A stretch of 63,508 bases of DNA, counting the filler, from Licmophora abbreviata (lineage: Eukaryota): assembly GCA_900291995.1 (NCBI GenBank). It is 8 parts of 8 records of this genome, joined end to end, with 100 filler letters (N's around TTAATTAATTAA, not from the genome) between each part and the next. Parts side by side here need not be neighbours in the genome. Positions count along the whole stretch, not along the records: positions 1 to 19,034 come from OLMU01003942.1; 7 more parts are not named here. The stretch is one strand, 5' to 3'. Each line of letters begins with the position of its first letter. The first letter of the stretch is position 1. The notes below the pieces were generated by a model, which worked only from the letters and a program-made list of their open reading frames with translations, did no database searches and was not told where the DNA came from. A program made the translations under genes and the position numbers. Below are positions 1 through 12,432 of the stretch, piece by piece.

Positions 1-1
1 C

Positions 2-313
2 TGTGTCAACACTACCACTAGCGTCAGTCTGAATATCAGCTGGGACAGCCACGCATCTCCCGCCGGACGACCAGGGGAGTGTGACGACCCCGTGGCTCAC
101 ATTCTTATGAACGATGGAGAAGAAGACTATGAGCTACTGGTACAACATGATCGTAGTATTCATCCGGGGGGAGACGAAGACGCGTCCATGACAGCGAGTA
201 GTAGTGACACGAGTGGAAGTGCTGCGCCTGTGGCGAATTGGACGACTGCCGTCAACCATGGAGGGATCGTGCGCCCAGTGCCCGCTCGTGCTGGTGACAG
301 AATGTCCTCGTGA
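2..313 (+). CDS. 3' end of an unidentified protein, truncated by the window edge
   Basis: The frame is open from position 2 to TGA at 311-313 and encodes a low-complexity S/D-rich tail with no recognisable motif. Confidence 0.45.
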   Translation, partial: CVNTTTSVSLNISWDSHASPAGRPGECDDPVAHILMNDGEEDYELLVQHDRSIHPGGDEDASMTASSSDTSGSAAPVANWTTAVNHGGIVRPVPARAGDRMSS

Positions 314-1088
314 GTGAGGCAAGTGAAGCAGAAGAGACGAGCTATTGAAGAAGTATTTCTGAGTGAGTCACAAGTCTCTTTGTTTGTTGCATAGGTAGGG
401 CGCCGTCAATCATGGACGCCAACGTCCCATATAAATAGCATGTGAAGTATTGAATGTACAACCCTCGTACCCTTGCAGAGTACTGTATTTTGATCTTCGA
501 ACTATGAAGTCCTGCTGCACCTTTCTATCTCGTCGGGCCACGTAGAGCAGAAATAATGTAGCATGTAGTAAGAGTCAGTCGTCCTCCTACTCAATTCACG
601 ATGTTGCTCCGCGCTCATCCCCTGCTCAAGGGGACCTATACGCCAGGTGAGAGAGATCAGCCTTCTCGAAGTGCCGGTCGTGAATCATACGAACATGTCA
701 GGTGTGTAACGGTAGACCCAGCTACGACGTACTCGGAGTAGTTAATAGCTTAGTTAGAGCTCCTTCACTGCGGCGTTCTTGTCATGCAGTTTGGTCTTTC
801 GTTTGGGGTCCCGTTGCCGCGCGCGCCAATATATATTTTAATACTCATGAGCTTCCATTATGTAAATGCTATCATTAACTATTATATTCATTAGCTACCA
901 CAGTATTAATGTCAAAGGAACAGAAAAATAATTAAGAATCGCTCCAGCCGCGCATTCGTTCGTTTGCTCACAATTTGATCGGTGCCAAGAAAAGCAATCC
1001 AAGCCTTCGCCGATCTATCTCATCAAACACATGAAATCCGTAGAAAATTGTTTGTTGCTTGATTGGTCACATTGACTTACCGAGATCC

Positions 1089-3737
1089 ATGTCAACAAAA
1101 AGAAGTCCCAGTTCTACGCCCCTTCGCAGCGACTCGATTCGCGATCGAGTTCGTCTCTTTGAGCAGCTGTCGACGCCGCGAGATATCAGCACTCCTGCCG
1201 CCTGTGAAGGTAGGACGTCGGCAAAGCAGCAGACCTCGTTCTTTTCTCCTGAGAGACACCATGCCATACAGCGTTTCCAAAGATCATCGTCCAAGAGGAC
1301 GCTGGCGTTCCAGTCGCCGCCGCCCAGCAGCAACGGGCTGGGAGCTAGGAAAGGCGAACGAACACGTCCAGCTCACGGTCGTCAACAACACGACATCATA
1401 AAATCGACGGTGGTCGAAATCAAGACTCCTCTAGCCAATGTCACAAATGTCAAGCAAGGCCTCTCTACCATGGAGAATGCTAGTCACCAGGTTTCGAGCA
1501 AGTTTATGATCTCCGCCGGGACAGTCGAGGATAGACGAAGCATTGCAGGCAAGATTCACGCATGGCCAGTCGCCGAGACGAGCCGGGTGAACTCTCCCTG
1601 GACCGTCGAGCAGATGAGAGATAATTTCAGCAATCCCCCTCACAACCCATCACAAGAGACGAGCCATGAGGAGGTATCCGTGGTAAGGAGGCTTCAGTTG
1701 CAGTTTGAAGGAATGAATGCCGAGCGACGACGAAAGGCTGCTCTTTCTGGTTTCCTACCCGAGTTCAACCTACCTTGGCTGCCAGTGAAGGTAAACACCG
1801 TCCTTAGAGGACTTCTATTGGATTCGCCTTCTACGAAAACCAAAGTTACTCGACGAAAGAGTAACGAGCAAAGATATAGGAAGTGGAAACGCTGCTGGGA
1901 GATCCTGTACGCAATCTTGGCCATCGCTGAATTGCTCATTTGTTCGAATGGAGTGGGAATTGTCAAGCCGCAGAACGTAGCCATGGAGGTGTATCAAAAT
2001 GATGTGGATATTCCCCTCGCGTTTGCTACATCACCACCAGTAATGCCGGTCTCTTTGAACCGATACAGAGAAAAGGCCAAGCATCGTAGGCAGAGACGGC
2101 GGATTCCTTTTGTCGGCAAGACCAAAACGCTCTACTGGCACCGCACTTTCTTTGAGACGCTTCGCAAGATGACATGGCAAGACTTGATCAACAGAGTGTT
2201 TATAGTTTCTATAGCGATACATTCCGTGATGGAGTCGTGGAGGGCCGCATCATCCTGGAAGAAACGTGACGAAGAAAAGACTGTGCGATCATCACGGAAA
2301 GTCACCAAAAGGTCGAAGCGTCGGGTGCACAAGCTGGATACATCCTCTACCAATCGGCACTTCATCATGCGCTGGAGTGGAAACAGAGTCGAATGGAGCC
2401 GAACGACAACGGAAATTCTACTGTTTACATTCACTCTTGTACTACTGAGACTTCTTTTTCTTCCATTCCTGACGAAAAATCCGTTCACTCACGACAGAAC
2501 TGGAGATATACAAACATCTGCTCCACTTCGAGCGGAAGAAAGACTGTTGTCTCTTGGAGATGCTATGCTCATGGCCTTCACATCATGGTTTTACTCCAAG
2601 GCAACAACGCATCTTCGACGAAAAGTCAAGCAGTACGCAATGCAGTTTGTAACAATTGCAATAACAAGGCCGTGGGAAGCGTCGATTCGGGTGCAAAAGG
2701 GTTTCACTATTATTAGGTGGGCTAAGTTCTTGGCGCCATTGATCGGAACATCCAACAAACTCCGGGGTCAATACAACGACTATGTGAAGAAGAGTGATCG
2801 GAAACGTCGATCGGACATTGCGCAGCGCAGATGGGCCCAACTAGTGCGATTCATTCGGAGGGAACGGCAGCTGGATAGGGCCGTGGTACAGATGCAGAAA
2901 CGTTTTCGGTCAAAGCGCCAGCTGAAACTCCTACAGGGACTTCCAGTCAAAGAGCAGGCCCTGGTAGGCATTATTAAGGTGCAAAGACGATTCCGTTCTC
3001 GATCCGGCCTTGACCGCGTACGCGTCATCCGTGCGAAACGTAGACTATCTGAAATCGGGATCACGCAACGAATTTTGATACCGGAGACCGATCTGATAGT
3101 ACTCAGACTCCAAAGAGAGATACAGAGGTGCACTCGACGAAAGAAACCGATTCTGCTCCGTCCCAATACATCGTTCTCTGTTGCATGGAAACGCTCAACG
3201 ATCATGTGCGCAGTGATTGAAATCGCACAGCTACTCCTTGCACCCAGGCTGTCCCCGCATCTACGCAAGGTGCCAGTCGACGAGCTGCTGCGGCGCCTAC
3301 TGACGCCAAGTACGAAGACAAGCGCTGTGACGGTTCTGTGGCTCCAAATCTGGCTTATGTGCGTCGAGTTCCTCTCTTTCCGAACTGCGGAGTTGATAAG
3401 CTTGATTTGTTTTTTGGATGTCTTTGTGACATTCTTCACCGGCGAACTCGACAGCCGTACAGGGATGCTCATCCCGAAGTCCTTCTTCCGACGATGGATA
3501 CTGCCAGGCGTGGTACTTCAGCTAATTGTGAATCCTACAATGAAAGATTTGAGTGAAATCGCCAGAAGGGGAGTCAAATTCGCTCAATTGGTGGGACCGC
3601 TGCGAGTCTTTCATGTTTTGGTGGCGCTAATGCCAGTTTTCCGTGCGCTGACGGAGAATGTTATCGACATGTTTCATAAATTCATTTCGAGGGAGAACCG
3701 AATATCGGAAGACGCAAGGAAGAAGCTGCTGATTTGA
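1089..3737 (+). CDS. Membrane protein with two IQ-like motifs and a C-terminal segment resembling S1-S3 of CNG/EAG-type channels
   Basis: ORF of about 880 aa from the first ATG at 1089. IQ-like motifs are AVVQMQKRFRSKR and IIKVQRRFRSRS. The segment LLRPNTSFSVAWK...ICFLDVFVTFFTGELD resembles the start of CNBD-channel voltage-sensor domains. No GYG pore or cyclic-nucleotide-binding domain is visible. Confidence 0.7.
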   Translation: MSTKRSPSSTPLRSDSIRDRVRLFEQLSTPRDISTPAACEGRTSAKQQTSFFSPERHHAIQRFQRSSSKRTLAFQSPPPSSNGLGARKGERTRPAHGRQQHDIIKSTVVEIKTPLANVTNVKQGLSTMENASHQVSSKFMISAGTVEDRRSIAGKIHAWPVAETSRVNSPWTVEQMRDNFSNPPHNPSQETSHEEVSVVRRLQLQFEGMNAERRRKAALSGFLPEFNLPWLPVKVNTVLRGLLLDSPSTKTKVTRRKSNEQRYRKWKRCWEILYAILAIAELLICSNGVGIVKPQNVAMEVYQNDVDIPLAFATSPPVMPVSLNRYREKAKHRRQRRRIPFVGKTKTLYWHRTFFETLRKMTWQDLINRVFIVSIAIHSVMESWRAASSWKKRDEEKTVRSSRKVTKRSKRRVHKLDTSSTNRHFIMRWSGNRVEWSRTTTEILLFTFTLVLLRLLFLPFLTKNPFTHDRTGDIQTSAPLRAEERLLSLGDAMLMAFTSWFYSKATTHLRRKVKQYAMQFVTIAITRPWEASIRVQKGFTIIRWAKFLAPLIGTSNKLRGQYNDYVKKSDRKRRSDIAQRRWAQLVRFIRRERQLDRAVVQMQKRFRSKRQLKLLQGLPVKEQALVGIIKVQRRFRSRSGLDRVRVIRAKRRLSEIGITQRILIPETDLIVLRLQREIQRCTRRKKPILLRPNTSFSVAWKRSTIMCAVIEIAQLLLAPRLSPHLRKVPVDELLRRLLTPSTKTSAVTVLWLQIWLMCVEFLSFRTAELISLICFLDVFVTFFTGELDSRTGMLIPKSFFRRWILPGVVLQLIVNPTMKDLSEIARRGVKFAQLVGPLRVFHVLVALMPVFRALTENVIDMFHKFISRENRISEDARKKLLI

Positions 3738-3778
3738 TTTGCTTCGGTCGAACGAAGTCGACGAGCCTCAACATCTTG

Positions 3779-6700
3779 TCATGAGCCATTTCGCGAGTCT
3801 TTCTGATATAGGTCCTTAACGTCCGAAATCAGTCCGCTTATGTCACGGTCCTCGTATTCGATACGATCGTACGCCCCGCTCGTAATCAATGCTGAGCAAT
3901 GATTCAAATGATAGCGCAGGTGATTCGCAACAATCCACTTCATAATGTCCTGTAGACAGAGAAAATTGGTGGATCAGCTATTAAACAGCAATTGCCCTTT
4001 GCAACAAACTGACACCACAAGCGTACACTGCTTACATCTTCGGGATAGTAGAAAACTTTGATATAGGTGTCGACGTACTGCTTTCCACGGTCTGTAGACA
4101 CGGGTGACGGGGGTAGAACCGACGCGTCGTAGCTGATACGCTTCATCATCGACTCAGTACGAATTCCGTTCGCATAGTCGGACAGATCCATACTCATCAG
4201 CGACCGCCCTTCCGTGGAGCAGAACGGGACCCTTGAGAAACCCTCGAGAAGTGCGAGGAATCCTCCTTCCACCATGTGCTCGAAAGTTTTCTGTCGAACA
4301 ATGGAGGGGAGTGGTGATTCAGACAACGATAGAAGTTTCCAGATAACGGCAACAGCATCGCACAATGCCTCAACATAATCATTCGAATGCTCATTTAGCT
4401 GAGATGCCTCCCAAATCAAATCGACTGCAAGAATCTGAAAGCAGCGCAAATGGAACCAGAATGAGAACGGGAACGCGTTGGTCGACATTGACTCAAGGTA
4501 CACAGAACGAACTCAATCGCCTAGCCCACGCGTTTGTCGTACCTCTTGAACAACTTGTCTCCCCGCAATAGCGCGGACGCTCGAGACCTGGCTGGCGAGA
4601 CCAACCATCAGAGGAGACGCGCGGCGTGCGTGTGCCACGTAGGTGTCGAATACCCGATGCCGTGATTCCTCCCGTTTTCTACCGTTTTCCGTATCGTGTC
4701 CATTTGACGGATCGGTGCACGTCTCTATGAAGTGAAGGATAACCTCAAGAAACTCCGATACCAGCAAACAGCTCCATGCGGCTCCTTCGCGCTTTGCAAG
4801 CGTAACTGCGACGCTTTCCACTGAACTCTTCACAGAAGCCACCGGCGACGACACTGCGTCAACAGGATCGCTCATCCACTGCTCAATTTTCTGAAGGTTC
4901 ACTATGCCTTCCAGACTTCGCTGGCCTCTTTCAATGAAATCTCGGACCAATGATCTCTCAACCCTATCAGACGAAAGCGGCGCACATATTTCGGCGTCAA
5001 CCGTTCCCGGAAGTGCTGAAAGTTGGCCTTTTCCACGAATCGGCAGTTTTGTGCTACTCGGCCGTCGACCAAATGCGATACGCGCGGACCCCGACGATCG
5101 TCTTCTATGATGGCTTCGCACATGAGGCTTAGCAGGTTCCCGCTGCTCTTTGGGGGGTTCCAATGGTGATGGGGGTACAGACCCTAGGATGATTTCCTCG
5201 TTCCTGGAGTTGCCAGCGCACAGTCGAAACACAGTAGTAAAGTAGAGATCACTGAGATTCGTGACGACATCGCAGACATCGTCTGTAATCAGGGGCATCT
5301 TCTTGGCTACGGACAAGAGACGTCCATACCACTTCACGAGACACTCGGAAATCGAACGCGTCGCAAACAATCGGATAGAGTCAGAATCACACCCTAACAA
5401 GGAGATCATCAAGGCCTCCCGCTTTGCTTCATGTGGCTTGTGGACCATCTCGCCCACACCAAGATTGTCACCGGAACTCGCCAATTGCATGTCGAAGAAC
5501 GGGTTTCCTTCCGTATCGGAGTTGAAAATGGGAAACTTTGCATTTGTTTTCTGGTAGACCTGGAGGCTGTTATGCCAGTATCTTGCTATACGCGTTCTCG
5601 AGTCTTTCGTTTCTATAATGGACATCTGTCTAGCAACTGAGTCATGCAAATGCTGCGCACGGATAAAGAGAAGATGCATGAGAAGACTTTCACCGTTCAC
5701 AGCGCCTGCACCCGCCACGTCTACTTACTACTCCAACCGACCGGCCACCACCGTTTCCAGCACGGCTATTGTCGAATTTACAAGACCCGAGGCCGCTCAG
5801 TCGCCAGTCCTCTCTAGAAAGCGCCACGCCGGTCGAATTCATGGCTGCTACATGTACAGCTCGGAGATGACGGCGAAAGAGTTCACAAAGCTTCACACGC
5901 AGTTCGTTTTCGACGCTCCTGTCCAAAAGGCACTTGATTTTGGAAGAATCCCCCCCATCGTCGCCAAGGAACCCCCTTCCGAGAGTGAGAAATTGCTGCG
6001 TAAGTTGCAACACGGCATGCTGACTTTCCATGTCCGCCGACCAGAGAGAACCCTCGTCCGCTTCGTCCTCGGGAAACAACACAATTTTACCCGCAGTGTG
6101 CAGGTACCGATCCAGACATTTGACCAGGGCACCCTCACATCGTCTCCAAAGTTGTATCTTAAACTCACCCAAACGTCGAGCTGTTCTATCCTGTTCATGA
6201 TTTGAGCGGGTATGCCAACGAAGCAAAATACTGTGACAATGCAACACGTCTGTAAGAAGCGCACAAAGTCGATGATAAACCATAGGAAGATAATGAAGAT
6301 CCGACTCAAAACCGAATCGAATTGTCACGAGATTGTGAGTAAGCGAAAGGAGCTTTGCAACGTCGTAGTTGTCGTGTCTCAGCTCGAATCCTAAGTGGAT
6401 AAGATCCTTGTCAAACTCAGAGTCTTCGGCATCGGTCGGATCCAAGAGGGCACGAGCGAAGCACTTGTCAACCTGAAAGCACAGCGTTTCCTGTATGCTC
6501 TGCGACCAGGAAGAAGAGAGGTCGAGATCAGTGAGATCACCACTTGTGATCGCCTCTTCTGTACCGTCTAGAGTCAATCGTTGTGTATCTTGCGAAGCCT
6601 TCACCAGAGCTTCATAATCGACCTTTGAATACGACCTTGGAGCTTGACAAACTAGTGATACGTAGACTCGAAGGACAGTGTCAATCCTTATCGAAAACGT

Positions 6701-8128
6701 ATCGAAAATGCCACTGGCTCGTTGTCGGAGGCCCTCAAGACATTTTAATTTCGACAAATGGTCGTCTCGCAAGGCTTCGGTCGAAAAGCGAGATGACATC
6801 GATAGGATTTCTGTGTGGCCGCCTCTGACTCCAAACGACTCCATCTTTTCTCGTAAACGTCGTTCCATCTCCACCAGTCTTGCAGTCTTCTCGAGAGCAA
6901 CTCTCAACTCTTTGTACTGGTCCCGAAGATCAAACTCTCGCAGTAGTAGCTCTCCGCCGACAATTCCAGAAAAGTCTGCTTCGCTACCTCGAGCAACCTT
7001 CAACGAATCTTCGGTACGAGCAGAATACATTTTGGCCATTGTCAAATTACTATCCAGATCTTGCAGTAGTTGATTGCCGGTATCCAGCAGGTGTGTCCGC
7101 TGGAAAATATCCTTCATAAGCTTGGCTTGCACCTGGACATGGGATGCGTCCAACTCGGAAAGCTGACGTGTCACGAAATCGTCCATGAGTGTCAGGTCGG
7201 GGTTCTTACTGACCAACGGGACATGATCCCACGGTGTCGACTGTAGGACTCTCAATGTGGCATCAATTTTGGGAAGGTTGTCGTTCCAAGCAACGTCGTC
7301 AAGCTCATGGCCGGTGACGCCGTCTTTGTAAGCCGCCTCCAGCCGACGACGAGCAAAACGTCCCTCCGGGGATGTTACGTCGGTGAAGGGTAAAATGCCA
7401 TAGATCGACGTCGATCCAAACACTACTTGGCGTCTGTGTGTAGGTGTCCGTGTTATAATCTCGTCGTCTAAGTGCAGCGGCACATGAATGGTATCGATCG
7501 GCAAATCGTTGACCTGTACAGGATCATTTGCTGTCCTTTCTGCGGCTCCGTCATACTCTGCAACCGACCCGTCTACTACTGCAACGTTCGCCTCCTGGAA
7601 ATCACCAAATTCATTTTCGTCATCGTCAACAACCCCAGAACTCTCAACGGATACGTCCATTTTACCACACCCTTCCACAAGACCGTGCTCGAGAAGCAGT
7701 GCGTCAAGCTCGGGCAGTTGGTTCAGCTCGTCGGCTAGTTCCTTACTGCGTGCTTGTTCAGTTTGTATCTTCGAATCGCCATCCAGAATCCAATCATGCT
7801 CTAGTTTCGATATTGAGGCTGCCGATGGCTGATCATAGGCTTCGTGCAAGGCTGACATTGCCTCGTCAATGTTGCTGCAGAGAACACCGCCAGGATATAT
7901 GGGAAAATCTTGCTCATTGAAGAACGAGCTGTCGTCCCAATGGCTTGAGGAGTCATCTGCTCTAGCATGCTGGCTTTCTACTTGACTCTCGTTCTGGTCA
8001 AAGAGAGTCTCGTTCCTATTCGACAAGGAAGATAGCGAGTGCTTCATCCAGAGCTGCATGCGGCGAGTCCGCTGTCGTGTCTGGCTCCAAGCGCCCGGAC
8101 GCTGTGGAGACGGCGATGGCAATGACAT
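3779..8128 (-). CDS. VPS50: Syndetin / VPS50 (EARP complex subunit), 4 exons
   Basis: Exons 8128-5729, 5652-4543, 4434-4036 and 3949-3779 are joined in frame by GT..CAG introns. C-terminal motifs LLEGFSRVPFCSTEGRSLMSMDL and YVDTYIKVFYYPE match the syndetin C-terminal domain. Confidence 0.8.
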
Positions 8129-8678
8129 GTTCAATCTTTATTGTCTCGACTTTCGTATCAGGAATCTGCGCCACTGAAGGTCGTCTACACATGTTCAGGC
8201 GGGGATAGTTAGGGCAGATGAACGATCTTCTGTTGGTAGACCCCCGGCCCCCGGCGTCTTTTGTTCTTGTTGGCAGATGAACTATGAACTCTCGTCTCAT
8301 GCTTCGGCAATTTTGGAATTTACCAAAATTCGAACTTTCGGCGGGAAATTGGATACCACGGACCGGCTACGACGGTACACTTCATCACTGTACGTAATAG
8401 ACTAAGACCAGCACGAACAGCCAAAAGCCATGCCCATGCCTCGCGTCTGCGTTGGTGATCTCTCTCTTGAATGGAATGCAAGCGGAAGTGGAAAGCGACC
8501 ATTTTGAAGTTGTGCCAATCTTCGTCGAAAAAATGACTAATACACCACACGCATAAATCTAGTACTAGTCCCCATGACTGCGGCATGTGTGTCCATTCTG
8601 TGTACCGTTATTGTTGCTACTGAAAATTCCCTTCAACACAAAGAAAGGCTAAGGGGAACGATACCGTCCACGCGCGTC

Positions 8679-10447
8679 CTATTTCACGTACTGAATGTAG
8701 ACAAACACAAAGACGATAGAGACTTGGTGGTGAGCACGAACTCGTCCTCTGTAAACAAACAACTGAGTCAGCACACGCCCCCATCTTACCTCCCAGTTCT
8801 GCACCATAATCTTGGAGACGCACTGCAACGCGTGGCGCTGGAGTTCCACATTCTCATGCTCGATCAGTGGCATGACGAGATCCTTAGCACCGAGACGCTT
8901 GACAATGGCTCGGCCATTCGGGTAATGGCGGACAAATTCACCAATGTCGTAGCACGCAATGGCGGCAACGTCCTCATCTTTACTGCCAAGCAGCGCAATA
9001 AGAACTTTGACCAGATGAAAGTCGCCATCACTACCCTCCATCATTCGGGCGTTCTCCTTGAAGAAGGCTTCCGTGTGGGTCGATCCCCACTGGAGACGTC
9101 CCGACTCGACTTCGTTCTTGTAAACTTCCCAGCGGCTCATTTCTTTGTAGTTCTCTACCAGCAGCTTGTGAATCAATTCAACATCTGAAAAGGCCAAATC
9201 GAACATCGCGCATGCCGTCTTAGCCACGATCAAAACCAGACAAGCAAGAGCAAATCCATAGCATTAATCTTACCTTCGATAATGTCAGGATCCGTGAATT
9301 GTCTGTCGCGCAAGTTATCAATCGCCTTCATCAGGCCGCAAGCAATCATTTCGGAAACAAATGCAGACCCATCCAACTTGGGTAGTCCCGCCGGAGGGGG
9401 TGCCGCCTCGGACGTGCACGTGGCCAAGTTGCGAAGTGCCGCCAGGGCGACGCGTACCACCTTTTCACGAGGCGCCACCGTCACCAAGTCCACCATGGCC
9501 GCTACAGCAGCCGTGTCCTTGGCAAAGTCGACGCGGATCTTGTACGAGTTGTTCAATTCATATGTGAGCGTCCACAAGCAAAAGCAAAGTTCGTACAATT
9601 GCTGCACAGAAGCTTGGCCAATCTTCTTCTTGCTGTCGGCTCCGCCCTTGGAGCTTTTGGAACCAATACGAAGCTGACGGCACAAGTACTTGACTCCTCC
9701 CGAGGAGGAAAACAAGGAACGCGTCTCAGATACGGTCATTAGACTTGTCAGCGCGGGGATACACAGTCCCACACCGGTGCCGCCTGAGTTCTTCAAGTGA
9801 CTGACAATCCAGGTCGTTAGAGCATCCAAGGGCTCGGCCGCAGAAGCGTACGAGATGGGCCGAGACTTAATGGGCTTTCCATCCTTGTCCGTCGTGGGAG
9901 CCAACTGACGCTGCGAAGGACACGACGTGAGCAGGATGAGCGTCAGGCAAAGGGCAGCTGCCTTCTGCGAGTAGGCATCTCCCTTTTCTCCCTTGTTGAG
10001 GATACGCAAGAGGGCCTTCCACTGATCGACCAAGACGCCGTCCTTTCCAACGTAAAAGACAGCCCCGACCGTCACGCCCGACACACCCGTGCTCAATGTG
10101 GAAATGATTTCGTGAAGTTTGGAGAGCGCATAGTGCGTCACAACGCCGAGGGGGTCCAACTCCAACACCTGCATCGCTTGTTCGTCGGTGCAGGAGTCCG
10201 TGAGTTGGGATAGTTCACCGCTTCCAGCTCCGGCGGCACTCGCCTCAGCAAGAAGCTTGAGCAGAACACGAGCGTACATACTGGCATCGCGAGAGTCTGC
10301 CAAAGTGTACTCAATAGGGTTCGTCTCGGCCATGCGGAGGAGAGCCGTCTCTTGTGCCGTCAGTCGGAGAGAACCAAGCGGGTCCCACTGGATGTGAGGA
10401 AACGCGTGCGCCACTGGCGACGTCGGGAGAGATGATGGACCACTCAT
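8679..10447 (-). CDS. ATP6V1H: V-type H+-ATPase V1 subunit H, 3 exons
   Basis: Exons 10447-9274, 9184-8790 and 8690-8679. Motifs QQLYELCFCLWTL, REKVVRV, LQWGSTHTEAFFKENA and ACYDIGEFVRHYPNGR are typical of VMA13/VHA-H. Confidence 0.92.
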
Positions 10448-11231
10448 ATTGAGCGAAAACGGCGGAGAGAATCAATCACCTGAGAATGGCGGATAGGGGG
10501 GGGGCTGTGAGTACATCGGCGACAGGCGGTGGATTCCGGACAGAAACCAAGCAAGAGACAAAGAGAATCGAAAACTGAAACGCGGCGACCACCATTCCAA
10601 ATTCAACCAAATTTCGTCTCTGAATCTCTTGCTCCTAACCCCGGGATATGCGCCAGTTGGTAGTACCGCCGATGGCACAGAATTGTCGTAAATTACATGT
10701 CATGGTGAGAGTGCGACGAGTACACGCCAACTTCTTCCGCGGAATGGATCTTTCGACAAATCTGGCTTTTTCCATCGTTTTTCTTTCAGAACTCGCTTCC
10801 TCTGGCCTCTACTACTTCCAATTACATCGCAAGGCACCAAAAATACGCACAGATGCCTCTCAAACACGCAAAGCGGCGAACAACACACGCACCCTATCGC
10901 GGCTTTCTAGCGATACTGCCAAAACCAAGAGGAGTGAAAAGATGAAAAGAAGCGGAAGAGGAGGCTAATCGGTGTTCGAGGTAGGGTTCGCATATCTCTC
11001 AGATTTATTCAACTGTGAGGCTGTGCATAACAATAAGTGAGTGACGTACTGATAGGGGGAAGTCACATTCGTACTTTTCAGTAGGACTTGTACGGGACCG
11101 TCGCAAATCCTCGTTTGGCGGGAAATATCTGAAACCAACCCAAACAGACTGCGAATGATGGTCCGACGACGATGGTGTTGTCAGTGCAGTCAGTGTCTTC
11201 CGCCGCCCGTCTTGGAATGATCGGTTCCACC

Positions 11232-12068
11232 ATGTCGAGACCATGGGTTCTGGCTCTCTTGCTTGTGGTCGCTACGAACAGTCTTGTATCGCCCTTTCGC
11301 TCGAGGACTCTCTCGCCCAGCTCAAAGAGGGTTGTACTATCTAGATGCGCCATTCGTTCTGTCGATAGTCCACTGCTCAAAACCACTGCAGGGCAATCGT
11401 CAATCCATCCCGTCACCGTTCTCTCAATGGTGACAGGCAATAAGAAATACACAAAAATTGGGATTCAAACGGCGCAGCTTCTCATGGACCCTACAAAGCA
11501 ACATACTCTCCGGGACGACCTATCTAGATCCTTTCCACTAGTCCCTGTCGAGGTGATTGACGCTCTCCTCAGCATCCTGTCCGACACTTTCAAGAGCTTG
11601 ACACCGAGAGAGTTTCAACAAGCACTACGCCCTGGATGGATCGAGAAGAATCGATCCAAGTTAAGAACTCCAATTGTGGATGCTGTGCTCGATAGAGACT
11701 TCGTAGAATCGATCCCGGTTCTTAGCACCGAAACCAAAACTGATTTGATCGCAAACTTGGTCGATTTTGCTATTGACCAGGTATTGCAGGACGCCGATGG
11801 GCTCTTAGAAGATCCAGAAGTTCGATTGGCGGTCTTGGAAGAGCAAGTTCGTGAAACGAAAGCAGATATGGGGTCCCTGCGATTGTTCCTCTTCAGAATT
11901 CGTCAGAGGCCCGTGTGCTTTCTCAGCATGGCCGCCCTCTTCACAGCTGCCATTTACGTGCAAAGAAGTGAAGTCATGTGGAAGGCAGTGACAGTGACGG
12001 CTCAGAAGATCTTTGATGCAGCTGTGTCTTTGTGGAACGCAGTTCGACCTCTAGTGAGAGTTTCTTGA
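11232..12068 (+). CDS. Hypothetical protein with a signal peptide (possibly plastid-targeted) and a C-terminal hydrophobic segment
   Basis: ATG at 11232 gives MSRPWVLALLLVVATNSL followed by an S/R-rich transit-like region. The ORF could instead start at 11172. No family recognised. Confidence 0.6.
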   Translation: MSRPWVLALLLVVATNSLVSPFRSRTLSPSSKRVVLSRCAIRSVDSPLLKTTAGQSSIHPVTVLSMVTGNKKYTKIGIQTAQLLMDPTKQHTLRDDLSRSFPLVPVEVIDALLSILSDTFKSLTPREFQQALRPGWIEKNRSKLRTPIVDAVLDRDFVESIPVLSTETKTDLIANLVDFAIDQVLQDADGLLEDPEVRLAVLEEQVRETKADMGSLRLFLFRIRQRPVCFLSMAALFTAAIYVQRSEVMWKAVTVTAQKIFDAAVSLWNAVRPLVRVS

Positions 12069-12432
12069 ATGCGGATACAGGAAATGAAACAAGCGACCAC
12101 AGTTCCACTAGAATCTCAAAGTATGGGAAGTAGACTACGAGTGCGCTTAGCGAGTCATGTAACACCCAGGGTCTTGCCAAGTTCCGGCTAAGCCCTCATC
12201 AGGCGTTCCATACAGTGTGACATCAACCGACATGTTTCGGAACGATTTATCTGTCAATGTGCATGCTCGTATCGAGCCACTCTTTTCACAGGCACTGACT
12301 AGACAACTGTAGGTTGTGTACCCCATGAAAGACAAAATCTTCGTTCGAACAATTTGAAAAGATGAAACTTCATTCCCACAGTGGCACAGCATATGCGTCG
12401 TATTCGAATGGGATCATCGAGCATGCGCGCAG

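Noticed and set aside
5653..5728. Apparent frameshift between VPS50 ORFs
   Set aside because: Explained by a canonical 76-nt GTAAGT..CAG intron.
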